Shown in pieces: positions 35,344 to 45,777 of a stretch of DNA of 64,000 bases; position 1 is the stretch's first letter, and every line of letters starts with the position of its first letter. The position numbers and the translations under genes are program-made. Location of the stretch: positions 10,988 to 74,987 of the forward strand of contig ONAT01000001.1 of the NCBI GenBank assembly GCA_900315885.1, read 5' to 3'. The DNA is from an uncultured Erysipelotrichaceae bacterium (lineage in GTDB: Bacteria; Bacillota_I; Bacilli_A; RFN20; CAG-826). The notes beneath the pieces are model-generated. The model was not told the origin of the DNA. It made no database searches and was given only the letters and a program-made list of their open reading frames with translations.

Positions 35344-36930
35344 CTATTTATCGCTATCTTTATCCCAGACATCTGGATATGTTGTTTTGAAATATTCATA
35401 AACAGCAGTGTCGTGGAATTGAATATTAGCTTCTTCTAAGTAATGGCATAATGCTTTAGTCTTGTATGTTTCTCTTGCAGCATATTTCTCAGCCATTTCA
35501 TCAATAATCTCATTATACATATCGTCAGTGTATTGAGTTGAGTCTTTGCTAGAAGTCAATTTTCTAATATTGACAGCTTCTTCAACGATAACAATGTAAT
35601 ATGTTTTACTGCTCTTATCATAAATCACGCAGTCCATATTTTTATCAGCGGCGTTTTCTGGTGATTCAGGTTTTAAGTAGTAATTACCATTAACATTTGT
35701 AACATATTTGTTTTTGCCATCAGCAATAGTTTCTTTTAAGTTGCTATGAATGTTGTTGGCGACAGCGATATCAAATAACCTTGAAGAAATGGATGATGGT
35801 AATGATGTTGTATCATTTGATTTTGCAAACCAACCATCTTTGCTATATTCTGCCTTACGAATCTTATTCTCTTTTAATTTAAGACCAGTTTCTTTAGAAT
35901 AAGCACCATTATTAGTGAATTCGTTTTCAACAGTTGAATTTGTCGTTAATTCATCTGAAGTAATTTTGTTATAATCTGTTATTACGTCACCATAAAGTGT
36001 ATAATCATAGCCAGCTACAGCATCTTTGATATGTGCATCTTTTAGTAATTTATAAATTTCGTCTTTATCTTCATATGTATCAATATCGATGCCTTTCCAA
36101 GCTCTCTCTAATAAAGTTAAATCAATTGTCTTATTGCCAGTGATGTAATTCTTAACATATGTTTTAATTAAGCTAGAAGCAGCTTCTGGGTGGTTGCTGT
36201 TTTCCGCAATTGCAACATATTTAATTTTACGTCCTGCTGATTTGCCAAATGAATCAGCTTCTTCTTGTTTTACATATTTTTCAATAAGTAATTCACGATA
36301 TACTTCTGGCAAATATGTATCTTCCATATATCTTGTATAGTCACATTTCAAGACATATTTTCCTATGTTAGGAACACGTGTGTCAGCAGTATATGCTTTT
36401 CCATCACGATCAGTTCCACCTGCATATAAATGATCGATTGAGTCTTTTAAGAAGACATAATCTGTGGTGTAGTCTGAACTTGTTGTAGATGTTGAAATGG
36501 AATAAGTTAAATTTTGTTGGATAGTTGCAACAAACAATTGTTCATTAAATTGATTACGGAAACTATCGTATGTGCCAGTTGTAATAGCAGCATATAACTT
36601 TTCATTCATTCTACCTTTGATGTCAGTTACTAATTTGACATCTTCAGCTTTTGTACTCCTCTTTAATTCTTGGTAGTTACCAATTTCTTGTTCTGCTAAA
36701 GTATAGAGAACTTCATCAAGAACAGCGCTATTGATAGAACCATTTTCGTATAATTTGTCATAGACAATTGTACGAAGGTTATTTGTTACATCCTCGACTT
36801 TCTTACCATCGACTGTTTCGCCGGATAATAAGTAATCTTTATCATAGCTAGGCTTTGCTTCAATGTCACATCCTGCAAGTAACATCATTGCAGAGGCAAC
36901 AAGAATTACCTTATTTAATCGTTTTGACAC
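35344..36930 (-). CDS. Putative lipoprotein (about 528 aa), function unknown
   Basis: Signal peptide with lipobox LLAGC. I prefer GTG 36930 (GGGGGTG SD 6 nt upstream) over the track start 36939. It overlaps the upstream gene by about 20 nt. Confidence 0.75.
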   Translation of the reverse strand: MSKRLNKVILVASAMMLLAGCDIEAKPSYDKDYLLSGETVDGKKVEDVTNNLRTIVYDKLYENGSINSAVLDEVLYTLAEQEIGNYQELKRSTKAEDVKLVTDIKGRMNEKLYAAITTGTYDSFRNQFNEQLFVATIQQNLTYSISTSTTSSDYTTDYVFLKDSIDHLYAGGTDRDGKAYTADTRVPNIGKYVLKCDYTRYMEDTYLPEVYRELLIEKYVKQEEADSFGKSAGRKIKYVAIAENSNHPEAASSLIKTYVKNYITGNKTIDLTLLERAWKGIDIDTYEDKDEIYKLLKDAHIKDAVAGYDYTLYGDVITDYNKITSDELTTNSTVENEFTNNGAYSKETGLKLKENKIRKAEYSKDGWFAKSNDTTSLPSSISSRLFDIAVANNIHSNLKETIADGKNKYVTNVNGNYYLKPESPENAADKNMDCVIYDKSSKTYYIVIVEEAVNIRKLTSSKDSTQYTDDMYNEIIDEMAEKYAARETYKTKALCHYLEEANIQFHDTAVYEYFKTTYPDVWDKDSDK

Positions 36931-38620
36931 GGCAAGCACCCCCTACTGCATATAATGAACTTGTTGATGCATCAGCAAATGCGTTAGCACAATCTAAACT
37001 GATACGGCGGCTTTCGTTATCTTCGATAACTTCAAGTTTTTCTACGAATTCAGTCCATGTTTGGTTCATTGTATTTTTATTTGTGTAATCGTAATAGAAT
37101 TCAGTGTTATCAATGTATTTGTTGATAGCATCTTCTAATGTGATTGTTCCGTATTCTGGAATATCATATTTGATTTCATCATTAAATGTGAATCTTCCAG
37201 GTACTAAGTTAAAGTAATATTTGAAAATTGAATTATCAATTAACTTATCATAACTTTCAACTGCGGATTTAATTTTTTCCTTACGTTTATTGTATTCAAG
37301 ATTGCTCTTTTCATTGAAGTTTACGTACATAGTACCAATTGAACTATTGTATTCATCATTGCTCTTTTTGTAATCGTAATATGCTGCTAAAGTATCAGAA
37401 GTTTCTGTAATAGCAGATTTTTCAATAACCATAAAGAAAATACCTTGGTATGAATCGCCTGAGCCAGAACGGACAACTAAGATTGGTTTGCCTGTTGTAG
37501 TGCAAAGTGCGTACTCATCAGTGCCTAAGACATTACCCAATCCGTTATCAGCATCAGCAGCTTTAAATCCTACTAAATTGTTAGCTTCAACATAAGTTTT
37601 TGGAGCAGTGATTAAAGCGATACGATGCGAGTTGAATAAATTATTAAAGTAGACATTACGTGGATAATAATTTTCATCTCCATCATTAACTTTAATACCA
37701 TTGCTGTCTTTTGTTAAACTTACTAATTCGGACATCTTCATAATTTGTTCATAAGAAATCTTGTCCATATTAGTTTTGCTTGCGTAGTAGTCAGCAGCGT
37801 ATGTTGACATGTTGATATTTTCTGCTCTAGCATCTTTTGCTTTTGAATTGTAAATCTTATCGAATGCATAAATTCCCAATTTAAATTCATTAACATAAGA
37901 TGAATCTAAAGTAACAATATCACCTTCACCATAGTTTGATGCAGAACTTGAATCGCCAGATAAACTTTGTGCGACAGATCCGAATGTATCACCACGTGAT
38001 AAACGTTTGATAGCACCAGTTAGGTTAATTGCTTCTTGTTCGGTGATTTGACCCTTGTAACCACCATCAGTGTCAGAAGCACTGACATTGATTAACATAT
38101 GACTTACATGATATGGAAGTTTTTCATTGATATATTCTCTTAAGAGTTTATAATCATTTGCTTCGTTATCTTTAAAGTATTTGTCACGAGCTTTTGATTT
38201 CAATTGATCATAAATGAACTTATCTTTTAATTCATTTAAGTTTTCAACACCATTGTCTTTGAGAATTTTATCCAATTCTTCATCGTAAGTGGTTTTGGTT
38301 TTGTTTGTTTCAGCATTAGAACTAGCTTTGTCCTTTTGTTGATTGACGTTTTGTTCGGCAGTATTTTTGATTTCATCGGTGACTTCGATGGAAGCACGAA
38401 TAACTACTTCACACAATGCGTCATAGTAACTTGTAATGCCAGTTGATTTAGTAATGTATTTATTGAAAATATCATTAACATTAATCTCTTTTGCTTTATC
38501 GCTACCATTGTTGATTGTTAAAATTGCATCGGCTTTTTTACTTACTGGGTCACAACTAGTGAGTGTCATTCCACCAATCATGAAAGCAACTAAGCCAAGT
38601 ACAAGGTTACGTTTCTTCAT
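36911..38620 (-). CDS. PrsA-like lipoprotein (parvulin/PpiC-type PPIase-like foldase)
   Basis: MKKRNLVLGLVAFMIGGMTLTSC lipobox, a YHVSHMLI parvulin-like motif, and ATG 38620 after AGGAGG. It lies adjacent to hit, as prsA does in Bacillus. Confidence 0.7.
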   Translation of the reverse strand: MKKRNLVLGLVAFMIGGMTLTSCDPVSKKADAILTINNGSDKAKEINVNDIFNKYITKSTGITSYYDALCEVVIRASIEVTDEIKNTAEQNVNQQKDKASSNAETNKTKTTYDEELDKILKDNGVENLNELKDKFIYDQLKSKARDKYFKDNEANDYKLLREYINEKLPYHVSHMLINVSASDTDGGYKGQITEQEAINLTGAIKRLSRGDTFGSVAQSLSGDSSSASNYGEGDIVTLDSSYVNEFKLGIYAFDKIYNSKAKDARAENINMSTYAADYYASKTNMDKISYEQIMKMSELVSLTKDSNGIKVNDGDENYYPRNVYFNNLFNSHRIALITAPKTYVEANNLVGFKAADADNGLGNVLGTDEYALCTTTGKPILVVRSGSGDSYQGIFFMVIEKSAITETSDTLAAYYDYKKSNDEYNSSIGTMYVNFNEKSNLEYNKRKEKIKSAVESYDKLIDNSIFKYYFNLVPGRFTFNDEIKYDIPEYGTITLEDAINKYIDNTEFYYDYTNKNTMNQTWTEFVEKLEVIEDNESRRISLDCANAFADASTSSLYAVGGACRVKTIK

Positions 38621-38776
38621 AAATAGCTTCTCCTCCTTATAAAACATAAGCAAAGTTATTGTATACAATAATGGCTTACAATTCAAGAAAAAAATTATTA
38701 TTTTATATTTAAATATTAAATATAGGCCTGCTTATGCGATTTGGGCTCTTTACAATAAAGTTAATAAAAAAAAGTT

Positions 38777-38803
38777 ACCAAACGATTTTAACTGCATAGT
38801 ATA
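38777..38803 (+). promoter_or_regulatory. SigmaK-like (mother-cell) promoter upstream of the tiny peptide genes
   Basis: AC-16 nt-CATAgtaTA matches the AC-N16/17-CATA---TA consensus. Confidence 0.4.
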
Positions 38804-38829
38804 TCGTGAAAAACAAAGGAGGTTTGTTG

Positions 38830-38937
38830 ATGAATCCAACTTTAGGATACCAAAATGGTGGCTTCGGCACCGCTTTTGCCTTCATTCTTGTTCTTTTCAT
38901 TTTGATTGCTATTATTGGCTGTTTTGGATGCTGCTAA
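38830..38937 (+). CDS. YjcZ-family tiny transmembrane sporulation peptide (35 aa, ...IIGCFGCC)
   Basis: AAGGAGG SD. MNPTLGYQNGGFGTAFAFILVLFILIAIIGCFGCC resembles the tiny_TM_bacill/YjcZ pattern (G-rich N-terminus, FALIVVLFILLIIVG core). Below the ORF-track cutoff. Confidence 0.7.
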   Translation: MNPTLGYQNGGFGTAFAFILVLFILIAIIGCFGCC

Positions 38938-38967
38938 TAAAAACAATTGTTATTGGGAGGTGAATGT

Positions 38968-39057
38968 ATGAACAACAGTTATTTTGCAATTATCCTTGTA
39001 TTGTTTATTTTACTCGTCATTATCGGTTACGGTTGCTGGACTGGATGCGGTTGCTAA
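38968..39057 (+). CDS. Second YjcZ-family tiny transmembrane peptide (29 aa, ...IIGYGCWTGCGC)
   Basis: GGGAGGTGA SD. MNNSYFAIILVLFILLVIIGYGCWTGCGC is a paralogue of the preceding peptide. Confidence 0.7.
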   Translation: MNNSYFAIILVLFILLVIIGYGCWTGCGC

Positions 39058-39063
39058 GTTAAG

Positions 39064-39092
39064 AGAGGGCAAAGGAAACTTTGCTCTTTTTA
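39064..39092 (+). terminator. Terminator after the tiny peptide genes
   Basis: AGAG(GG)CAAAG-GAAA-CTTTGCTCT plus TTTT. Confidence 0.6.
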
Positions 39093-39132
39093 ATTTTTAA
39101 ATTTATAATTTAAACAAATTTTATCGTTTTCA

Positions 39133-39161
39133 TTGTAGACATGCTAATATCGGTGTAAAAT
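39133..39161 (+). promoter_or_regulatory. Candidate promoter of the suf operon
   Basis: TTGTAG-17 nt-TAAAAT with TGt extended -10. Confidence 0.45.
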
Positions 39162-39188
39162 AATTAAGATTTTAGGAGTGTGAATACA

Positions 39189-40016
39189 ATGGCAACATTA
39201 GAAATTATCGATTTACATGCAAGTGTCGAAGGAAAAGAAATATTAAAAGGCGTTAATTTAAAAGTATCAACTGGTGAAACGTTAGCTCTTTTAGGACCTA
39301 ACGGACATGGTAAATCTACTTTACTTGCTGTTATTATGGGACACCCAAAATATGCAGTGACAAGTGGCAAAGTACTTCTTGATGGAAAAGATGTACTCAG
39401 TATGTCAGTGGATGAAAGATCAAGAGCAGGTTTATTCCTTGGTATGCAATATCCAAGTGAAGTCCCTGGCGTAATAAACGCTGACTTTTTAAAAGCGGCA
39501 ATGAACGCCCATTTAGAAAAACCTGTTACTTTATTCCAATTCTATCGTGCATTAGAAAGCAATTCTAAGGAAATGCATATATCTCTAGATATGGCTAATC
39601 GTTCTTTAAATGAAGGGTTTTCTGGTGGAGAAAAGAAACGTAATGAAATTTTACAAATGCGTTTGCTTAATCCAACATTTGCAATGTTAGATGAAATTGA
39701 CTCGGGTCTTGATGTGGATGCTTTACAAACTGTGGCTGAAGCTATTAAAAAGCAACAACAAGTAGGAACTGGCTTTTTAGTTATTTCTCACTATGCAAGA
39801 TTATATGATTTAATCTCTCCAACCCGTGTAGCGGTTATGGTTAATGGACGTATCGCTGTCGAAGGTGGAACTGAAATTATTAAGAAAATTGATACAACTG
39901 GATATGAATGGATAAAAACTGAATTAGGAATCAAAATTGAAAAAGACGAAATGAATATGCGCTATGTTTCTATTGGCTCATGTGCAACTAAAGAGGCAAT
40001 TAAAAGTGGAAAATAG
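39189..40016 (+). CDS. sufC: Fe-S cluster assembly ATPase SufC
   Basis: LLGPNGHGKSTL Walker A, LNEGFSGGEKKR signature and AMLDEIDSGLD Walker B. Confidence 0.95.
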   Translation: MATLEIIDLHASVEGKEILKGVNLKVSTGETLALLGPNGHGKSTLLAVIMGHPKYAVTSGKVLLDGKDVLSMSVDERSRAGLFLGMQYPSEVPGVINADFLKAAMNAHLEKPVTLFQFYRALESNSKEMHISLDMANRSLNEGFSGGEKKRNEILQMRLLNPTFAMLDEIDSGLDVDALQTVAEAIKKQQQVGTGFLVISHYARLYDLISPTRVAVMVNGRIAVEGGTEIIKKIDTTGYEWIKTELGIKIEKDEMNMRYVSIGSCATKEAIKSGK

Positions 40017-40851
40017 TTTGCTTACTTTAAAAAATGTTACACATGAAGTGGTAGATAATACTTTAGTAATAAGTATAACAAAAGGCGCACAATTTAATAG
40101 TTTTATCCATGTAGATGACATTATCGAATCTACTTCTAAAGTCAAAATTATTTGTAAAGAAAATAGCTTTGTTAAATTACTTGTTGAAAAATATGATGCA
40201 AAGCAAAAAATCGAATTTGTTTTAGAGAGAAACGCTAATGTTAAATTAAATTTTTTATCTTTAGAACATAATGCTGCTGGCGAATATACTTTTGATTTAG
40301 CCGAAGCAAGTGAATTACATGTTGCGATGGCGGATTTATCAGATGCAAATATTGACTTTACTTCATATATTAATCTTAATGGCGACAATTCCTACGCCGA
40401 ATGGCATCTTGCTTCTTTAGGTGCTGGAGACAACCAAAAAGTATTTAATATAAATTTTGACCATTATGGCAAAAATACCTATGGTAATATGTCTAACTAT
40501 GGTGTAGTTGAAGATGCTGCTTTTACACATTTTAAGGGAATTTCTTATATTCATAATAAATCAGTTGAATCTAAGACACATCAAAGTGCAAAAATCATGG
40601 TTTTTGATGAAAAATGTCGCGCAAAAGCCAATCCTATCTTAAAAATTGATGAAAATGATATTGAAGCTAGCCACGCTGCAGTAGTAGGAAAAGTAAATGA
40701 TGAACACATGTTCTATTTATGTTCTCGTGGCATTAAAGAAAATGATGCAAAACAACTTATAACTTTAGGCTATTTAAAACCTATTACCCAATATTTTGAA
40801 GATAAAAGCGATGTAAATCGTATTGTTCATGGCATAGAAAAGAGGCTTTAA
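40006..40851 (+). CDS. sufD: Fe-S cluster assembly protein SufD (short form)
   Basis: C-terminal SufBD motif (ASHAAVVGKVNDEHMFYLCSRGI...A.QLITLGYL). GTG 40006 is chosen as the start, giving only about 281 aa. Confidence 0.8.
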   Translation: MENSLLTLKNVTHEVVDNTLVISITKGAQFNSFIHVDDIIESTSKVKIICKENSFVKLLVEKYDAKQKIEFVLERNANVKLNFLSLEHNAAGEYTFDLAEASELHVAMADLSDANIDFTSYINLNGDNSYAEWHLASLGAGDNQKVFNINFDHYGKNTYGNMSNYGVVEDAAFTHFKGISYIHNKSVESKTHQSAKIMVFDEKCRAKANPILKIDENDIEASHAAVVGKVNDEHMFYLCSRGIKENDAKQLITLGYLKPITQYFEDKSDVNRIVHGIEKRL

Positions 40852-40853
40852 TT

Positions 40854-42080
40854 ATGATAAATTATAGGCAATTTTTAGTTGATTTTCCTATGCTAAATAA
40901 AACAATGCAAAATCATCGCTTAGTATATTTAGATAACGCAGCGACATCTTTTAAACCAACTATCGTATTAGATGCAATCCGCGATTATTACGAAAACTAT
41001 TGCGCTAATACACATAGAGGCGATTATGATATTGCTCATTTTGCGGATGTTAATTATGATAAAGCACGTCAAACTGTTGCTGATTTTATTAACGCTGATA
41101 AAAGTGAAGTTGTATTTACTGCTGGAACAAGTATGTCCATTAATATGATTGCGTATGGTTATGGCATGAAATTTTTAAAACCTGGTGATGAAATTTTATT
41201 AACTGAAGCAGAACACGCTTCAAATGTTTTACCTTGGTTTACAGTTGCTAAAGAAACTGGTTGCACAATACGTTATATTCCTTTAACAAAAGAAGGCCGT
41301 TTGACACCAGAAAATGTTGAAAAAGCTATGAACGAAAAAACAAAAATAGTAGCAATTGCGCAAGTAACCAATGTTTTGGGTTATGTTGTCGATATTAAAA
41401 CTATTAGTAAAATTGTTCATAAATATGGGGCTTTAATTATGGTTGATGGAGCACAAAGCGTGCCACATATTAAAGTTGATGTTAAAGATTTAGATTGTGA
41501 TTTCTTGTCGTTTTCCGGACATAAAATGTGCGGACCAACAGGAATTGGTGTAATGTATGGTAAATATGAATTACTAAAAGTTATGGAGCCATTAATGTCT
41601 GGCGGCGGAATGAATGCAAGATTTAATACTTGTGGTGAAGTTACTCTTTTATTACCTCCTGCTAAATTTGAAGCAGGTACTCAAAATATTGAAGGCGCAA
41701 TAGGTTTAGCTGCAGCTATAAAATATCTTGACAAAATCGGTATGGATAATATCGAAAAATATGAAAAAGGATTAAGAGATTATGCAATTTCTAAATTAAA
41801 AGAGTTAGACAATGTTATTTTATATAACGAAACAGCAGAATCAGGAATTATCACTTTTAATATTAAAGATGTATTTGCTCAAGATGCTGCAACATATTTA
41901 AATTCTCGTGGAGTTTGTGTTCGTTCAGGACAACACTGTGCTAAAATACTTATGGATTTCTTAGGAACAGTTGCAACTGTTCGTGCAAGTTTATATTTTT
42001 ATAATACAAAAGAGGACATCGATGTATTTGTCGATGCCTGTAAGAAAGCTGGTGACTTTTTAGATGCCTATTTCAATTAG
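40854..42080 (+). CDS. sufS: Cysteine desulfurase SufS (class V aminotransferase)
   Basis: YLDNAATS, PLP site FSGHKMCGPTGIG and active-site VRSGQHCA. Confidence 0.93.
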   Translation: MINYRQFLVDFPMLNKTMQNHRLVYLDNAATSFKPTIVLDAIRDYYENYCANTHRGDYDIAHFADVNYDKARQTVADFINADKSEVVFTAGTSMSINMIAYGYGMKFLKPGDEILLTEAEHASNVLPWFTVAKETGCTIRYIPLTKEGRLTPENVEKAMNEKTKIVAIAQVTNVLGYVVDIKTISKIVHKYGALIMVDGAQSVPHIKVDVKDLDCDFLSFSGHKMCGPTGIGVMYGKYELLKVMEPLMSGGGMNARFNTCGEVTLLLPPAKFEAGTQNIEGAIGLAAAIKYLDKIGMDNIEKYEKGLRDYAISKLKELDNVILYNETAESGIITFNIKDVFAQDAATYLNSRGVCVRSGQHCAKILMDFLGTVATVRASLYFYNTKEDIDVFVDACKKAGDFLDAYFN

Positions 42081-42519
42081 CCCAATGATGATGCGTCAAA
42101 TTATTATGGATCATTATGAACACCCACATAATAAAAGAACGCCAAATGATGATCGTTATTTAAAAATTAATATGAATTCTGCATCATGTATCGATAATAT
42201 TGATGTATTTTTGCTTGTCGAAAATGGAATTGTAAAAGACTGCTGCTTTGATGGCGTTGGATGTACAATTTCCACAGCTTCTACTTCTATTATGACTGAT
42301 TTAGTTGTTGGTAAAACTTTAGAAGAAGCGAAAAATATTATTGAAAACTATAAAAAGATGATTGCGGAAGATGAATTTGATGAAAATTTACTTGATGAAG
42401 CAATAGTCTTTATCAATACTTCCAAACAAGCAAGTCGTATTAAATGTGCTACTATTGGCTGGAACGGTTTAGAAGAGTTAATCAATGAGAGTGAAGGTGA
42501 AAAACATGAACAAAAATGA
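42064..42519 (+). CDS. sufU: Fe-S scaffold / sulfur acceptor SufU
   Basis: [24 protein letters not shown] and [10 protein letters not shown]. The exact start is uncertain (ATG 42064 or downstream Met codons). Confidence 0.88.
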   Translation: MPISISPMMMRQIIMDHYEHPHNKRTPNDDRYLKINMNSASCIDNIDVFLLVENGIVKDCCFDGVGCTISTASTSIMTDLVVGKTLEEAKNIIENYKKMIAEDEFDENLLDEAIVFINTSKQASRIKCATIGWNGLEELINESEGEKHEQK

Positions 42520-43903
42520 TTTACCTCAAGAAGATTATAAATATGGTTTTAAAAACGAAGATGTCTCAATTTTAAACACAGGAAAAGGTTTAAATGAACA
42601 TGTTATTAGAGAGATTTCTGCTTTAAAACACGAACCAGAATGGATGCTTGAATTTCGTTTAAAAGCTTATGAGGCATTTAAAAAATTACCTTTACCTAAG
42701 TATGGACCTGATCTAAGTAATTTGGATTTTAATTCTTTTACTTATTTTATTAGACCATCAGAAAAAGTTGAAAACACATGGGATAAAGTTCCAGAAAAAA
42801 TCAAAGATACTTTTGATAAATTGGGTATTCCTGAAGCTGAACAGAAATATTTAGCGGGTGTCTCAACACAATATGAATCGGAAGTTGTTTATCACAATAT
42901 GCTTAAAGAAGTACAAGATAAAGGTGTTATTTTCCTTGACACTGATTCTGCTTTAAAAGCATGCCCAGAATTATTTAAGAAATATTTTAATAGTGTAGTA
43001 CCTTATGCTGATAACAAATTTTCAGCATTAAATGGCGCTGTTTGGTCGGGTGGCTCCTTTATTTATGTGCCAAAAGGTGTACATTTAGAAAAACCACTTC
43101 AATCATATTTTAGAATTAATAATGAAAAATCAGGACAATTTGAACGTACTTTGATTATTGTTGATGAAGGCGCAGATGTTCACTATGTTGAAGGATGTAC
43201 TGCTCCTACATATTCACGTGAATCATTACACGCGGCAGTTGTTGAAATTATTATTCTAAAAGGTGGAAAATGTCGCTATTCGACAGTTCAAAACTGGTCA
43301 AACAATATTGTTAATTTAGTTACTAAACGTGCATTAGTTATGGAAGATGCCCAAATGGAATGGATAGATGGAAATATTGGAAGCCAAGTTAATATGAAAT
43401 ATCCAGCTTGTATTTTAGCTGGTGAAAGAGCAAAAGGCACATGTATTTCTATTGCTGTTGCGGGTAAAGGACAATTTCAAGATGCAGGTGCACGTATGAT
43501 ACATATGGCACCAAATACAGTTTCAACAATTATCTCCAAATCAATTGTTAGAAATGGTGGAGTTGCTAATTACCGTGGAACGGTAAGACATATGAAAAAT
43601 GCTATAAATTGTCGTAGTCATGTTGAGTGTGATACGCTAATATTAGATAACATTTCTCGTAGTGATACTATTCCTACAAATGAAGTGTTAAATAATGAAT
43701 CTTATATTGAACATGAGGCAACTGTCTCAAAAATCAGTGAAGATCAATTATTCTATTTAATGTCACGTGGTATTTCTGAAAAAGATGCGACACAAATGAT
43801 TATTATGGGATTCATTGAACCATTCTCAAGAGAATTACCAATGGAATATGCGGTTGAATTAAATCAACTTATTAAAATGGATATGGAAGGAAGCGTAGGC
43901 TAG
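42506..43903 (+). CDS. sufB: Fe-S cluster assembly protein SufB
   Basis: YKYGF N-terminus and [22 protein letters not shown]...MIIMGF C-terminal motif. ATG follows GAAGGTGA. Confidence 0.95.
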   Translation: MNKNDLPQEDYKYGFKNEDVSILNTGKGLNEHVIREISALKHEPEWMLEFRLKAYEAFKKLPLPKYGPDLSNLDFNSFTYFIRPSEKVENTWDKVPEKIKDTFDKLGIPEAEQKYLAGVSTQYESEVVYHNMLKEVQDKGVIFLDTDSALKACPELFKKYFNSVVPYADNKFSALNGAVWSGGSFIYVPKGVHLEKPLQSYFRINNEKSGQFERTLIIVDEGADVHYVEGCTAPTYSRESLHAAVVEIIILKGGKCRYSTVQNWSNNIVNLVTKRALVMEDAQMEWIDGNIGSQVNMKYPACILAGERAKGTCISIAVAGKGQFQDAGARMIHMAPNTVSTIISKSIVRNGGVANYRGTVRHMKNAINCRSHVECDTLILDNISRSDTIPTNEVLNNESYIEHEATVSKISEDQLFYLMSRGISEKDATQMIIMGFIEPFSRELPMEYAVELNQLIKMDMEGSVG

Positions 43904-45774
43904 TGAATTACGATTATGACATCATAGTTGTTGGTGGCGGACATGCTGGTATGGAAGCCGCTTTTGCAAGTGCCCATATGGGTGCTAAAACTTTGTTGTT
44001 GTCTTTAAATATAAAAATGATGTCAAATATGCCGTGCAATCCTTCAATCGGCGGTTCCGCAAAAGGTATTGTTGTTCGTGAAGTCGATGCTCTAGGTGGA
44101 ATGATGGGAAAAGGCGCCGACCACGAGTATTTACAAATGAAAATGCTTAATACTGGTAAAGGCCCAGGTGTTCAATGCTTAAGAGCGCAAGCTGATAAAA
44201 AATCATATCCTCGTTATATGCAACAACAGGCTTTAAACACAAAAAATCTCACAGTTAGAGAAGGAATGGTAACTGCTTTAATTCATGATGAAGAGAAAGT
44301 ATATGGCGTTGTTGTTGGTGAAGAAAAAATAATTTCTAAAGCTGTAATACTTACAACTGGAACATATATGGAATCTTGCATTTTACAAGGCCATACATCT
44401 CGTAGTGCGGGACCAGATGGTGAAAAGCCATCATTAGGACTTTCTCCATATTTAGCAACAATGGGAATAAAGTTATTCCGTTTGAAAACTGGTACACCAC
44501 CAAGAATTCAAAAAGATAGTATTGATTATTCTAAAGCGATACCACAATATGGGACAGAAGGAAATTTGGCGTTTTCTTATGAAACCACTACTTTTAAGCC
44601 TTTGAAAGATCAAGTCCTTTGTTGGCTTATTTATACTACACCAGAAACACATAAAATTATTCGTGATAACTTAAAAGAGTCCGCAATGTATAGTGGACTT
44701 GTTAAAGGAATTGGACCACGTTATTGTCCAAGTATTGAAGATAAAATTGTTAGATTTGCCGATAAACCACGTCATCAATTATTCTTAGAACCTGAATCTT
44801 TAGAAATGGATTCAATTTATTTACAAGGTTTTTCAACATCTATGCCAACAGATGTTCAAGAAAAAATGATCCGCTCTTTACCAGGACTTGAAAATTGTAA
44901 AGTTTTAAAATATGCTTACGCAATTGAATATGATGCAATTGAACCAACACAATTTGATGCCACTTTGCAAGTGAAAAGATGGCCAGGCTTATATTGTGCT
45001 GGACAAATAGTAGGAACTTCTGGATATGAAGAAGCGGCAGGCTTAGGATTAATGGCAGGTATCAATGCTACTTTAAAAATTCAAGGCAAAAAGCCACTAA
45101 TTTTACGTAGAGATGAAGCGTATATCGGTGTTATGATTGATGATCTTGTCACTAAAGGAACACAAGAACCATATCGACTCCTTTCTTCAAGAGCAGAGTA
45201 TCGTTTGTTAATGCGCCATGATAACGCAGACTTACGTTTAACAAAATATGGACACGAAATTGGCTTAATTAGTGATGAAAGATACGCAAAATTTGTTAAT
45301 AAAAAAGAACAAATTAATAAGGCTATTGAATATTTAAAAACACATTATATTGGCACAAAAAGTGAAATTACCAATTATTTAAGAAACTTAGGATTTAATG
45401 AACTTAATGGTGGCTTGTCACTTATTGATGTTTTGCGTAGACCTGGTGTTGAATATGCCAAAATGTGTGAATATATTCCAGAATTGTATGAATTTTCTCT
45501 TGATGAAACAGGGAAAAACCAACTTGAAATAATGGTTAAATACGAAGGATATATCGAAAAGCAAAGAAAAGAAGCATTACATTTGGCACGTTTAGAAGAA
45601 ATGAAAATTCCTGCTGATATGGATTACATCCATATGGATGGATTAGCGCTTGAAGCTAGACAAAAACTAGATAAAATTAGACCTTTATCAATTGGACAAG
45701 CGAGTCGTATTAGTGGAGTCAATCCTGCAGATATATCGATGTTAATTCTTAATATTAAAAAAGGAGCAAAATAA
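43903..45774 (+). CDS. mnmG: tRNA uridine 5-carboxymethylaminomethyl modification enzyme MnmG (GidA)
   Basis: YDIIVVGGGHAGMEAA, GPRYCPSIEDK and AGQIVGTSGYEEAA. GTG start overlaps the sufB stop. Confidence 0.95.
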   Translation: MNYDYDIIVVGGGHAGMEAAFASAHMGAKTLLLSLNIKMMSNMPCNPSIGGSAKGIVVREVDALGGMMGKGADHEYLQMKMLNTGKGPGVQCLRAQADKKSYPRYMQQQALNTKNLTVREGMVTALIHDEEKVYGVVVGEEKIISKAVILTTGTYMESCILQGHTSRSAGPDGEKPSLGLSPYLATMGIKLFRLKTGTPPRIQKDSIDYSKAIPQYGTEGNLAFSYETTTFKPLKDQVLCWLIYTTPETHKIIRDNLKESAMYSGLVKGIGPRYCPSIEDKIVRFADKPRHQLFLEPESLEMDSIYLQGFSTSMPTDVQEKMIRSLPGLENCKVLKYAYAIEYDAIEPTQFDATLQVKRWPGLYCAGQIVGTSGYEEAAGLGLMAGINATLKIQGKKPLILRRDEAYIGVMIDDLVTKGTQEPYRLLSSRAEYRLLMRHDNADLRLTKYGHEIGLISDERYAKFVNKKEQINKAIEYLKTHYIGTKSEITNYLRNLGFNELNGGLSLIDVLRRPGVEYAKMCEYIPELYEFSLDETGKNQLEIMVKYEGYIEKQRKEALHLARLEEMKIPADMDYIHMDGLALEARQKLDKIRPLSIGQASRISGVNPADISMLILNIKKGAK

Positions 45775-45777
45775 GCT

